The notes under the pieces were generated by a model, which did not search any database, was not told where the DNA came from, and saw only the letters and a list, made by a program, of their open reading frames with translations. This document shows, in pieces, positions 25,881 to 38,740 of a stretch of DNA of 64,000 nt. Within the stretch, counting starts at the first letter, position 1, and each line of letters begins with the position of its first letter. The DNA is from Lama guanicoe (lineage: Eukaryota): NCBI GenBank assembly GCA_013239625.1, contig MU053645.1, positions 620,001-684,000 of the forward strand. Direction: 5' to 3'. The position numbers and the translations under genes were made by a program.

Positions 25881-26616
25881 CTTTTATCTGCTATACTTAA
25901 AACAAAACAAACAACCTGGATTTAATTTTCACATCTCAAACCAATTTTTTTAATGTGCAGGAGGCTCTGAAGCACGGGATCATATATAATATCATTTATC
26001 AGTAACAAACATGCATTTGTAATGATTTCTTCTTTTAACAAATGGCCTTTCCTTGTAACAAGGGAAAAAGGAAAAAAAAACCCTGGAGATAAAACATTTC
26101 ATATTAATTCCAACATATAGTCCATAAAAAATGACAAGATGAAAAAAATGTCTGATGAAAGTAGATGTAACTGGTTTTAAAACTCCTACTTGATTTCATT
26201 TACTGAATCAAATATTATCCATCAGTTTGGAGTTGCCTCTGGGATAGACTTGCTGATGCTGCATTCCAGCAGCTCTGTCGACCAAGCTGTCAGCAAAAGA
26301 ATATATATAATCGTTGGCACAAATTTTCTGTGATACTTGCACTGCTTTCTGGGTTTGAAATAAATATAGCACTTTTTTCTTTACATCTGTTGTCTTCTCA
26401 TGCGGGTGTGTTTGTGATCATCTGCCCAAAATATAGTAGCATGCAAGTCTATTTCTGGAAGACAACAAACAACATCCCTACTCTCAATTCAGTAGAATTC
26501 TGGCTTTGAAGAAGGCTTAGAGAAATAGTCAGACATGGAATCCTCGGTACACACAGAATGAAGGCAAATACTTAAAGTGACTATATGAGTTGCTTGTTAT
26601 GCTGAATAATATTTCT

Positions 26617-26759
26617 TCTTCTTTTTTGTTTTATTTCATTTTTTTTATTTTGGGGGGAGGGAGGTAATTAGGTTTATTTATTTATTTTATTTTTTAATGA
26701 AGGTACTGGGTATTGAACCCAGAACCTCATGCATGCTAACCACACACTCTACCTCTGAG
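26617..26759 (-). mobile_element. Camelid tRNA-derived SINE (Vic-1-like), slightly 5'-truncated
   Basis: Antisense B-box region (ggtactgggtattgaacccagaacctcatgcatgctaa), gggaggtaattaggtttattta tail motif and T-rich tail. 18-bp TSD ATGCTGAATAATATTTCT (26599-26616) / ATGCTGAATTATATTTCT (26760-26777). Confidence 0.88.
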
Positions 26760-27974
26760 ATGCTGAATTATATTTCTATCACAAGCCCGTCTGATACTTA
26801 AAAAATCAGGAAACTCTAAATAAAAACCAATGATAACAAAAGGTTATAATTGTCACATTTCTGCAGTAATAGTGGATTGATAAGGACAAACCCCATGAAA
26901 ACAGCTATTATAACAATGGAATTTTTCATTATAATAAATAGATTTTAAAGATGTGGCTGCTGGCCCACTTGTTTCGTGATGAATTTTAACAAAATAGTAT
27001 CCCTGAGTAATCACACATTGTAGATGTCCACTTGCTGATTGTTATAATGGAATTTGCCATGTGTGATTCTAAATTTTTAAAGCTCCCAGATATAGACCCA
27101 ATCTATTTTTGTTATGGTAACTAGATGATATACTTCTGGGGATTCTATATTTTCACTCCCAATCCAATGACTATATAGATTAGGAAATCTGCTAATGTTG
27201 TGAAAACAAATCAGTGGTTCTACTGAGGATGACAAAGCATGTCTGTTACGGGCTTTTGTCAGTTATGGTCCAGTCACTTTCAAAATGCCTCATTTTGTCA
27301 GATCTCCAAACACCCGGAAAGCAAAAGTAATGAGGATATTTTCTGCTTTGATTTTATCATAATAAAGTAAATGAAAAGTAAGAAATTTGTCAGCTATTTT
27401 TTAAAGAACAAATAAATCCCCATGTGCATTTTGGGATTCGTGTAGATTTAAATCAATTTTCTCTACCTGCCATATCTACCATCTAATGATCACAGAATGC
27501 CTGAACAAAAACCAGATCAAAATTCTATGATGTTTAGTATAATTCTAATGGTGAGTATGTATTTCTGCATTCTAATTTCATAAAAATTAGTCAATGATTA
27601 TTCTCTGCAAGAGGATTAATCAAAATATGCAAATTAACCAGAATACGCCTCTATTAGTTATGCTTGTTAACATTATGCTTCAGGTGATGTAATTTCACCT
27701 ACAGTCAATTTTGGTTTGTTTTTCTACACATCTCTCTGCTGGATGCTCACAGAGTCAACCATAATAACAATGGTGATAGCAAAGTCAAGGACAGACAGAA
27801 GGTATAAGGATGAACAAAAGTAAAGGAGGAGTGGAATTGAGGTGGAGAGAAATTTAACCAAGAAAAGGGAGATTTAAACTTGACACTTGGGCCCATACAA
27901 CACAATTTTACAAGTGTTCATGTTTTTTTTTTTCACCTCTTTTAGCGTATGTTTAGTAATTATTCACTGAGTCA

Positions 27975-28450
27975 TTGATTTATTCATTTTTTCACTTAAC
28001 CATGTGTTGAGCTGTAACTATATGCCAGATAACTTTGTCAGCCCTAGAATTACATGGATCAACTAGATAAATTCCCATACCTTTTGGAGTTCACATGAAA
28101 GCTGAAGAGATGATAAATAGGTAATTATGGTTCAATGTACTAAGTGCTAAGTGAGGTAAATGAAAAGAGCTACAAGTGGGCAGGGGAGAGAGGTGTTCAT
28201 TTGGCTTGGGGAGGAGATTCAGAGAGAACTTCAATACGAACATACTAGTAGAGTTATACCTTGACAAATGAATTCATTAAGTACATGAATCCACCAGACA
28301 GATGAGTTCACTAAGCAGAAAATGAGAAGACAGGCATTCTGGGCAGAAGAAATCGTGGAAGAGAGGTATAAGTGTACATACAGGTCTTATTCTCTGTGGA
28401 CAAAGTGTATGAGAGGGGGGAGAAGGGGCTAGAAAGGTGGGCTAAGGTGA
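27975..28450 (-). mobile_element. L2 LINE 3' region
   Basis: tttattcattttttcacttaaccatgtgttgagctgtaactatatgccag...ggcattctgggcagaagaaatcg. Confidence 0.7.
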
Positions 28451-28469
28451 GAATTACTGCTATTTATGT

Positions 28470-28710
28470 ATGCAGCTTGTCCTTTCTGCTAGACTGTAAG
28501 CTTCTCGAGGTTAAGATCCAAGTCTCACCCTTTCATCCTTCCATTTGGTCATTCAATAAACATCTTTTGAGCGTCCTCTACAAAACAAAGACTAGAGCAG
28601 GTAGACAGCATTACTGAGGCACTGACCGTGCCCTGAAGGAACCCCTATCATCGTGATAGAGAAAAACATTAAAACAAATAACTGCAGTATGTGTGATGAA
28701 TGCTAACCAA
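28470..28710. mobile_element. Two abutting L2 3' fragments in opposite orientation
   Basis: ctagactgtaagcttctcgagg (+), then tcattcaataaacatcttttgagcgtcc...gtgccctgaagga (-). Confidence 0.55.
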
Positions 28711-29329
28711 AGGAAAATCCTCTCTCCCAGGATTTTCTAATAATTTAACATAAATTTTATACAAATAAAATTTCCTGTTTTGGTAAAAAGAAGAGGTGGT
28801 GCCCCAAGTCTTTATGTTTCATAAAAACTCCCCTACTCCCTCTCAACTTCCTAACACAGGGTCAGTTGCTCATTAAATACTTGTTGGTCCTGAATGAAAT
28901 GAACTCAGTGGTGAAGAAGAAAGGAGAAAAACAGCACTGCAATTTACAAAACTGAGCTAGATCCTCAGCAAGGCATGAGATAGGGAACAAAGGCAAAGTA
29001 TGAAAAAATACTGTGGCCTAGGTGTCAGGAAGCTGAGACAAATAGAGTTATTAAAGAAACAGCTTTGATGTTCTGCATTGTTTCTTAATATGTTGCTTTT
29101 TGGGTTAGGATTGCATTCACTAAAGATATGGCCCTTTAATCTTGTCAGTCTCTTCTTCTTGACAATGAGAAGCAAGACAATGGTGGGGTGAGAGAAGAGG
29201 CCTTATGTTTTCTCTTTAATATAGGATGGCTACGAGGAGAGATGCTTTAAGGAGCTAGTTAAATAAATGTAGGGTATTTAGAGGGTTAGTAGTAGAAAAT
29301 TAGTAGTAGTGTCATTAATAGCATAATTT

Positions 29330-29530
29330 AAAGTAATAAAACAATAGCTCACATTTATTGTGAGTGTTATGTCAAAATACTTCACATGCGTTCCTTTTTA
29401 TCTTCATAACAATTAAAGGAGGTAGTAGCATCACTCTCCCCACTTTACAGGTGCAGACACTTAAGTACAGAAGGATCAAGGCCACAGCACTAGTAAGTGG
29501 TGAAGAGAGATTTGAACTCAGTCTGATTCG
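29330..29530 (-). mobile_element. MIR SINE
   Basis: aatagctcacatttattg...ccccactttacaggtg...aaggccacagcactagtaagtggtgaagagagatttgaactcagtctg. Confidence 0.8.
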
Positions 29531-31454
29531 AGATACTATGATTGGAGAAGGTGCAGAGGCAGAGAACGGAGCACTTGGGGCACTGTGATACAGATAAAAC
29601 AGGTGAGCGTGCTTAGGTGAGGGGAAACGTGGAGGCAAAAACAGAGGTAGAGATTTATCCAAGTCAAACAATGCCAGGTATCCAGGAATCATGTAACAGC
29701 ACTTCTCTGGTTGTGACTTATTAAATGCTATCTTCTAATAATGACACAGTCCTATTCTTCAAAACTGTCTCAAGTCTAATTACATTTATGTCTGTATCTA
29801 TACCTCTACTTACATCTCTAGCTATATAGAATATCTATCTATCTACAAATAGAAGCTAAAAGGTTTTAGTTTACTTTGGTTTTCCAAATCTGAAATGAAC
29901 AGATCAATCATGATGTTGAAGGCATTGATTCCTAGGCATTACTTCTAAAATAACTAATAAGGCTGTTTTCATTAAAGGTAGATGATTGGTTATAATAACT
30001 GTTTCTGAAGAATTAATTCAGAGACTTCAAAAATAGTGGTCTTAAACTTTGTCTGAGATATAGAGAGGTTATGCTATTAGGAAAACACAAAAACAAAACC
30101 CAGAGCAACTTTTCTAACTTAAGTAATATTTTATGTTGCTCTTTTGCAGCATCCCTATTAAATGTACTGACTACAAGGTAAACTTTTTTGTCTATTAAAA
30201 TGCTAATGGAAAGGGTAACTTTAAGTCAGAAACTACTGTTGAAAAGGCACAAAGGAAAATTTCCTTTAAGGTAATTTTAAGAAAGGCTAGGTTTAAGCTC
30301 TTATTTTGTCACTTAAAGAAGAAATTTCTTATTAGAAAAAATATAAAGAAAGCACAGTGCAATTATACTTGCTTATAGCAATACTGCTGATCATTACACC
30401 AAGGGATGCATTATCTCATTTCGGTGCTGCAAAAGCGAACAGTCTCAAGTAGACATACATCTCTGGACAGTTTCACCTACAGTACAAATAGTGAACTGAC
30501 AGACTGTGCAAATGTTTGTTACCACTGCACCCACTTTCCTAAACATGATGAACTGCACAAGGCCTTAATACCGTAGTTGCAGAATAGCTTCAGATACATA
30601 TGGGGCTTTCTGAATCTCTCAAAAGCTTTATCTGCCGCAGTATTCAATTTCCTTTTTAGACCAGAAAATAGTGACTCATGCACTACTGAGCATCACAATG
30701 GTTTGTAAAGGCTTTCCCACACCCTCTGTATATTTACCTAAGGCTACCAGACCAACCACTCCCACTCAATTCAGTAAAAAAGCTCCTGTGAATGGTGTTG
30801 TCAGTGATATATTCAGTTGTTGAAAAGACCATGGGAGATAGGATAAAAGAGACAGGAGAGACTGGACAAGTAGGAAATCAAAAGTACAAATGGATAGCAG
30901 AAATGTTTTTTTCATTGATCCTTTTGTGTTCCAATTTCCTACACTTCAACTATTACTAAAATATCCCCAATGTTGTTTTTGCTTTGCTTTCTCCACTCCT
31001 CCTACTCCATTCTCATGGTGTCCTCCACTGTGGAAACAGAGATGTATGCCTTAGAGGATGCGAGAGGGAATCTGAGTCACCAGCAAAGAGTTTTGTGAAC
31101 TTTCCTAGAAGAATAAATTCTTTAAGAAGGAAAAATAAGATATTTAAGAAAAACTTCCTTTAAGAACTTCCTTTAACGAGAAATAAGTCTTTGAAAATTT
31201 GTGTTCTTAAAAGGCAATATAATATAGCTGTCTATTGTGCTATTTATTCCCAATGGTTTGAAGATATAACCTAAGATACCAAGATAATCTATTTTAAAAT
31301 TGATGCACGGCAAAGACTTTAAAACTACTTCAATTTCTTCTCTTCTTCCTCTTCCTCCATCTCTTCCTATTATTATTACTACCATAAGGCTGACATCTAT
31401 ATAGTATATTACAGTTGACAAAGTGCATACATAGACATTACTCATTTAATTGTT

Positions 31455-31970
31455 CTGCACTCACTTAATAAACATTTACTGAGCATCTATATCTTGCCTG
31501 GCCTTAAGTATACAGCAATTTTTAAAAATCATACTCTAAGCTTGTCATTTGCAAAGGTTATTTTAAAAATAAGCAAATCAATTTATCATTACACCTTGTG
31601 AAAAGTACCATTAAGAAAAAGAATAGAGTGCTATGAATGACAGGGCACAATGGATTAGTTTATACTAGGAGGCTAGAGAAGTTCTGAGTGGGTTTGAGCT
31701 GAGATGGAAGGATGAGAAGCTTTCAGTTAGATGAAAAGTGGGACAAAGAGTTTTTCAGGCCTAGTGAACAACACGTGCAAAGGCCCTGAGGCAGGAACAG
31801 GATTGGCCCACTAGAATGGAGTAGAAGGGGCACAACATGAAGCTAGACATGTACAAGAAGCCAGATGATACAGGACCTTATAAGTTCAGGAGTTTGAAGT
31901 ATATTCCAAGCATAGTGGGAAGCTAGTGAAGGGTTTAAGTAGGGAAATTACACTATCATATTAACTTTTT
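31455..31970 (-). mobile_element. L2 LINE 3' region
   Basis: aataaacatttactgagcatcta...tttgagctgagatggaaggatgag...gtgcaaaggccctgaggcaggaac...gtgaagggtttaagtaggga. Confidence 0.85.
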
Positions 31971-31972
31971 AT

Positions 31973-32289
31973 CAGTACTATCTAATATAAATATAATGTG
32001 ACTCGTGTAAGTAATTTTAATTTCTCTAGTAGCCACAATTCAGGAAGTAAAATGAAACAGATGAAATTAATTTTAATATTGTATTTTGTTTAACCCAATA
32101 TTTTAAAATTATCATTTCAATATGAAATCAATGTAAGAATTTACTAATAAGATATTTTACATTTTTCATATTAAGTCTTGGAAATCCAGTGTGTACTTTA
32201 CACATATAGCACATTTCATTTCAGAGCAGCCACATTTCAAGTGCTCATTTGCCACATGTGGTTAGTAGCTACTGAACTGAAAAACATAG
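31973..32289. mobile_element. MER33 hAT-Charlie DNA transposon, near full length
   Basis: taattttaatttctctagtagccaca...gatgaaattaattttaatattgtattttgtttaacccaata...cagccacatttcaagtgctcatttgccacatgtggttagtagctac. Confidence 0.88.
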
Positions 32290-32353
32290 GTCTATAAGAT
32301 ATACTGTGGCTGCTATATAGACAATAAATTAGAGAGAAATGGGTGGAAGCAAG

Positions 32354-32862
32354 TATATTCATTTTTGATAACTGCTGTTAAAAAGTACCACAAACTTAGT
32401 GGCTTAAAACAACACAGATGTACTATTTTATAGTTTCTTAGGTCAGAATTCCCACATGGGTATGGGCTAAAATCAAAGTGCCAGCAGGGTTGCATTCCTT
32501 CTGTGGGTTTTAGGAGAGACTCTGTTTCCTTGTACTTTCCAGCTTCTAGAAGCCACCTACATGCCTTGGCTCATGATCCCATTTCTCCACCTACAAAGCT
32601 AGTAACCTTGGGCTGTGTTCCTCTTTTGATACCATCTCTCTCTTGTTCTCTTCTGCTTCTCTCTTCTTTTGGTAAAGACCCTTGTGATTACAATGGGTCC
32701 ACCTGGATAGTCAATATAATCTGCCTAAATCAAGGTTAACTGATTAGCAATCCTAATTCCATGTGCAATCTTAATTCCCTTTGCTATGTAACCAAACACA
32801 ATCACATGTCCCAAGGATTAGGATGTGGACATCTACCGGGGGGCATTATTCTGTCTACTACA
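32354..32862 (-). mobile_element. MaLR solo LTR (MLT1D-like), full length
   Basis: taccacaaacttagtggcttaaaacaacac...ctgattagcaatcctaattccatgtgcaatcttaattcc...ggggcattattctgtctactaca. Perfect 5-bp TSD GCAAG at 32349-32353 and 32863-32867. Confidence 0.9.
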
Positions 32863-33519
32863 GCAAGAAAACATGCTATCTCCAATAAAGCAATTTTTTA
32901 AAATAATAATGAACTTAATATTTTATAGAAACAATACCCTTTCTTACGATATAAATTCATATAGAAAAGCACAAAGAAGAAATTAAACAACAGACACTAC
33001 TGCACAAAATCTTAATATTCAGAAACATTTTACTTAAGATTTAGTAAACATTATTTCAGCTATCTCTCTATGTATACAGATATAGGTAGAAATACGGAGA
33101 GAAAATAATTCTATAAAAATAGACTCACAGTTCATATTCTATTTTGAATAAAAAGTATTACATTTAATAATTTTACTTGAATTTAACAGAAGATAAATAA
33201 ATTGAACTGAATTAGAAGAAATTACTGAACTTCAAATATATTTTTCTTCACCAGAATAGATGTAATTCCTAACATCTCTCTCTGACGGTTTAAAAAAAGT
33301 TTATAAAAAATAATTGAGCTTTGAATCATTACACATTTAAATTCCATGTTTTAAACTTTAAGTGATATCTTTTGATACATTTAAAGAGAAAAGAACCTAA
33401 TGCTAAGAGGGACCAAGTGACTTGCCCCAAATCAAAGAGTACACCATTCCTTGGTTCTCCTTAGTAGGTTCTTTTTTTCCGTGGTCTGTAATTACTATCT
33501 CATGCCTTCTCTTTCCTCC

Positions 33520-34620
33520 TCAAACCTTCTACATCTGTTCATCTGCAACCGTGGATCCTTGATTTATGACCCTGCCATGCTTCACTGAGAAAATAAGAGT
33601 ACTCAGAAATCCCCAACTCTGAATGCTCAGGGTCTTTCTTCATTCCTATAGCTTTGGATAAAAAGCTTCTCCTACTTTAAAGGCCAACAGCTCCTTGGTG
33701 CAATAGACACTGCCACTTTCACCTTTTCATGAACTTTGCCCCTACAATGACCCTGTTTCTCTCCTCTGGCAATTTTTCGTCCTCTCTACTAATTTATTTC
33801 CATCAATAAACATCAAGCTCTAGTATCTCCAGTCTTGCAACAAATAAAACATGAACCCTTCCCTGACATAGTATGCCCCTTCAGCTAGAGCCTTATATCT
33901 CTCCTCTCCTTCAGAGCAAAACTTCTTGAGTGACTTGTGTGGAACAGCTGACTTCATCTCATCACCCCACATTCTTTCCTCAATCAACATTAATTGGGCT
34001 TCCTTTACCACCACTCAGTGACCTCCATATTGCCACTTCCGGGAGCCATTTCTCAGTTCTGATCCTAATGATCTCAGCAACGTCTGACATAGTGTCATAC
34101 TCCCTCTTACTTAAAATTCTTTCTTTCTTTTGGTTTCCCTCATACTGCATCCTCTCCTTGTTCTTCTTCTACCTCACTGCATTTCTCTCTGCTAACTCCT
34201 CCTTCTCATTTAAATTCTAAATATTAGACTGCCTAATTTCCTTTCAATTCCTCAAACTTGCTGAGCTTATTTTTGCTCTGGAGCTTTATATACCACCAGC
34301 CTGGAATATTTTCCCCACTCCCCTTCATGTGGTTGACTCCTCTGTGATATGCAGATCTCAGCCTTTCCTTACTGTGTAATGCATCCCATTCTATCAGTCT
34401 CAACCACATCACATATGTTGTTTCTCTGGATGGCATGTACCACCAGCTGGGCTTTTTTTCTTGTTTATTTTCCTATCCATTTGATGCCTCTCTCCAAAAG
34501 AATATAATATCTGTAAGAGCAGGGATCTTATTTATCATTTTTATAGCACTTGCTCCTAAAAGCAATGCTTAAAACATAGTAGAGTCTCAAAAAAAACTGT
34601 TAAATGTATATAATATTTGA
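33520..34620 (+). mobile_element. L2 LINE (RT-region remnant to 3' end)
   Basis: cagtgacctccatattgccac...ttctcagttctgatccta...tcttctacctcactg...tgtaagagcagggatctt...aaacatagtagagtctcaaaaa. Confidence 0.8.
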
Positions 34621-34902
34621 AGAATGTCTTATCTATAGCATTTTTCATGGGTCAGTATTAATTTATCCTGAATTTTACATATGCTTTCAATGACTTTATT
34701 ATACACAGAAATTAATTTCCTAGAAGAACAGATACTCAAAAATGAAAGTTATGAAAAAAGTTAATTAAGGTAAATATGAATGTCTTTTTGACACTTTATG
34801 CTATATGCTTGTGGGCACATGTAAGTATTTCAAAAGAGGGAGAGATTTGGGAAATAAACCTAATAATAGCCATAAGAAAAATTTTGGTATTATGCTGTGA
34901 GT

Positions 34903-35201
34903 TAGGGGAAGAGGTGGAGAGGGATAAATTAGGAGTTTGGGATTAACAGATACACATTACTATATACAAAATAGATAAACAACAAGGACCTACTTATAGC
35001 ACAGGGAACTGTATTCAATTTCTTGCAATAAGCTATAATGGGAAAGAATTTGAAAATATGTGTGTATATACATATACATATATATATACACACACGTGTG
35101 TGTGTGTCTGTGTGTGTATATATATGTATAACTGAATCACCTGAAACTAACATTGTAAATCAACTACACATCAACAAAACATAAAATTAAGAAAAAAAAA
35201 A
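34903..35201 (+). mobile_element. Cetartiodactyl-type L1 3' end with internal (TA/CA/TG)n tract and A tail
   Basis: gggataaattaggagtttgggattaacagatacacattactatatacaaaatagataaacaacaaggacctac...aacattgtaaatcaactacac. Confidence 0.9.
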
Positions 35202-35214
35202 GAATTATCTGCTC

Positions 35215-35350
35215 TAACATTGAATTTTACAGATGGTGGCATTAAATCCCAGAGAAGAAAAATAATTTGTCCAAGATCATATGGCAAATAAGTGCTAGAA
35301 GTATATCTAAGTGCTAGGTTACATCACTCAACTTTCAGACCAAGTTCAAT
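35215..35350 (-). mobile_element. MIR fragment
   Basis: attttacagatgg...cccagagaagaaaaataatttgtccaagatcatatggcaaataagtg. Confidence 0.65.
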
Positions 35351-38300
35351 CCTATCGTATTTTATATTCAGAAGCTCCTTAAGTTCTCATACAATTATAG
35401 GATGTTAATGCAGACTTTTTAACCTTAGTGGTCGCAATTATTTCTTTCTCAATAGCAATCCAGATTTATATCATCATTAATCTTATGTTATTAAATCAAA
35501 ACAGAGTGAAACCTAGGAGTAAATAAAGGAAGAATGATTCAGTGTTTATGTGTTCAGTAGAAGTTCTGAACAGATATACGAAAATTCATGTATCAATTAT
35601 TTTACTTTTTATCATTCTGAACCAAAACAATTTTCACAGCTGTGAAATTCCAAAAATCAAACCAAACACATCTATAAAAAATCACCTGGATACAACACAT
35701 TGTAATGACACTTCCATGAACCACATATCATTTATTGAAAATATATCAATATATCACTATGTATGAGAATAAAGTATAAAAATTAACTGGCTTAGAATGC
35801 TTTCTAAACACAAACAAAAAATCTACTTGTATGGGAAATAAATAAATTTTTCATGGAATTTTTATTGGTTAGCGTAACATATCACCTAAGTGTATATTCA
35901 GTAGCAAATCATATTAACAAATTATAGTAAAATATATTAATATGTGATTTTATTCTGTTAGGCCAAAAGAGTCTTTTCTTTTCCAGTAGTACAGATTGAA
36001 TGCATACTGAGAGCCTTGCTTTAACTTCTCACGCTATGAGGGAAGAAATCTTTTTCAGATGACACATCATCGGTGCTGGAAACTGTAGGATCCCGGCCTG
36101 TATAATTGCTGAACCACTTGAATATAAATATGTAAAATAGACAATTGTAACATCAGGAGAGCCAGCCATCCCTACCAACCACCATATCTTGTTGTCTTTG
36201 TCAGAAAAAAAAAATGTCCTCCCTCCTGTCCATGAAGAAAAGAAGAAAAAAAAAAACAACAGAAAGAGAGAATAGAAAATTTGGGGGAGGAAGAAAGCCC
36301 AATCTTGCAGGGATAACAAATTATATATTAAAAATCATCTGCAACAAAAGCAACAAGTAATATTCTAGTCCATGTTAGTGAGATGAGGTAAACTAGGGGT
36401 TGGGAAAAAGGTGAGGACATGTCATCATGACATTACGCTAGTCTAGTTGATTTATAAGGCTGAACATGAGAAAATGGTTAATATCAATTAGGAAAAATCA
36501 TCTAAAGTAGTCTCATGCTCTCATAGACAAGGATGAAACTTAAAGTTTGATCCTTTTTTCTGGTGCTTCGTCACTAGGTGGCTCATATCTCTGTGGTAAG
36601 AGGAACCATGAGGCAGGATGAAAAATTCTCTGCTCCATTTATCTTCTAAACATAACGTCTAAGACTAGTTGAGTGACAGGACACAAGGATCAATCAATTA
36701 ATAGTCTTTGCTGAACACTGAGTATATAACTTTCACTGTATGAGACACACTGGGAGAGAGAAGCATGTAACTATGTACCTACCTGTAAGAAATGTGTCAT
36801 CTAAAAACACTGCATGCAAATATCAGAGTAGGAAGCAATATATTCATGTTCCGTAAAGAGAAATCAGTTGGCAAGTTATTCCACTAACAAAGAGCTTCAC
36901 AGCAGTAGGACTGAAAAACTTTATAGCCTTTTGAAGGTTTAGAGAAATTGGTTAAGGTCAGGATGTGGGGAAGAGCCTCAAATCATGCAGGCTGAGGTAG
37001 GGAGTAGCCCAAACCTTATCACCTGAGATCCTTGTGGAAGTTTGACCCTGAACCACTCCCCAGACATCTGAAGGTTACAGAGCGTGAGTCCCAAATACTC
37101 CCCAAGACATTAACATTAAAGCACATGACAAAAACATGATGAATGTGACATGTACTCCATGTGAGTTACCTAATGCCTTTCTTTTTGTTTTTGTTCTTTA
37201 TACAGATTCTGTCTATTTTCGTGAGCTTCTCTATAAATCACAGACATCTGCAACCAAATTGCACCAGTAAATCTCATAAAATAGCTACCCCGAGACTAGA
37301 TTCAAGATGTTAACACAACAAGAAGAGTTTCCTTATTTTATATAATGGCTGGGTGGGCCTTTTATTCTTTAGAAAAAATATTTCAAAATGTCATTTTCTT
37401 GGTGGAGAAGTTCCAGGAAAATGGAACTGTTGAATATCTTTAATAAACTGTATTTGTACTCGTAGAAGGCATTTAGAAAGAAAAATGTTATATTAACCTC
37501 TGTTTCGCCAAATCCCCAACTGTAAAGAAAGATGGCATTCTCCTCTCTGAGCAGAACACTTTGAAATATAGGTTCCAACTGAAGAACTTAGAACCTTCTA
37601 ATCATTACATGACTAGGTTAAGCTGGCTGGTATAACAAACCAGGGAAAGAAAAATAAACTCATATAAGTTATGCATTTTTCCATGAACCACACAATGGTT
37701 CCATTCTTCCCACTATGTTGCAGTACACTTTAATTGATGAAGTCTCTCCTTTAACATGTGCAGGATTTTCCAGATTTGCAAAGCTTTGAGTGGAACAGGT
37801 AATAAGAGAAAAATAAATAAAATAAGCTAGAAATATGAACAGCTTGAGCCTCTGTTATGAGTTCATAAATGCCTTAAATTAGGAAGAATTACAGTGGGAT
37901 TTAGAGCTATTGGGATATATTTGCATCTTGAGCTGGTCTTTTTACTACTAAGTAGAACAATTTACTGACTTATTCCTTTGTAGGAAACAAAGGCATATTG
38001 TTACCTACTGTAATCTGTTAGCATAAAATATTTTGAATGTGCCATAATGTGGGCACATAGAGCTTGAGACATATGTTCAGAACTGGAATCTGTACAAGAT
38101 TTTAATTTTAATTGAAGCCAAAGCAGTCCATGACTCAGGTCACCGTCTGTCCTCCAGCAATAAAGACAATGTGGATATTCTCAAAGGTTTTGTTTCATCC
38201 TATTTTTATCATATAAGAGTACAGTTGCTATGATGAAGAAATAAAAGATACGCACAAAAAGGGACCTAAAATAAATTCATTCAGGGAATACCTACAATAA

Positions 38301-38710
38301 TACATTCTGATAACCTTCTGCCTTTTTTTTAAATATTTATACATACTTTGAAAACAGGCTTAGAAAGTTTTCTTGTTACCCTATCTTGCTGAAAGTCTTG
38401 CCAGTATTCAAAGTTGAAATGTATGTTTACAGACGCTCTGGCTCATAATCATTAATATTTTGAAATGAGTGTATTATAACAGGATGGTATACCCTACTTG
38501 AAAAATTCTTATAATTTAATGCTAATGCCTTGAGACTGTATTGCTTTGCTGTGGATGAAATAATTAAAGATTTTTTAAAAAAAGATTATCAATGGATATT
38601 AGGTTATTTTAAATTTTTACTTCCATTTTTGCAAGTTTTGTCGACTGCTTCTCTATGAGATCTTTGGGAAACAGTCCCTGATGTGACATACCCCACTGAA
38701 TTTTAAGCAG

Positions 38711-38740
38711 TTAATTAATTGTTAATTAACAATTAATTAA
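38711..38740. repeat. Perfect 30-bp AT-rich palindrome
   Basis: TTAATTAATTGTTAATTAACAATTAATTAA equals its own reverse complement. Confidence 0.95.
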
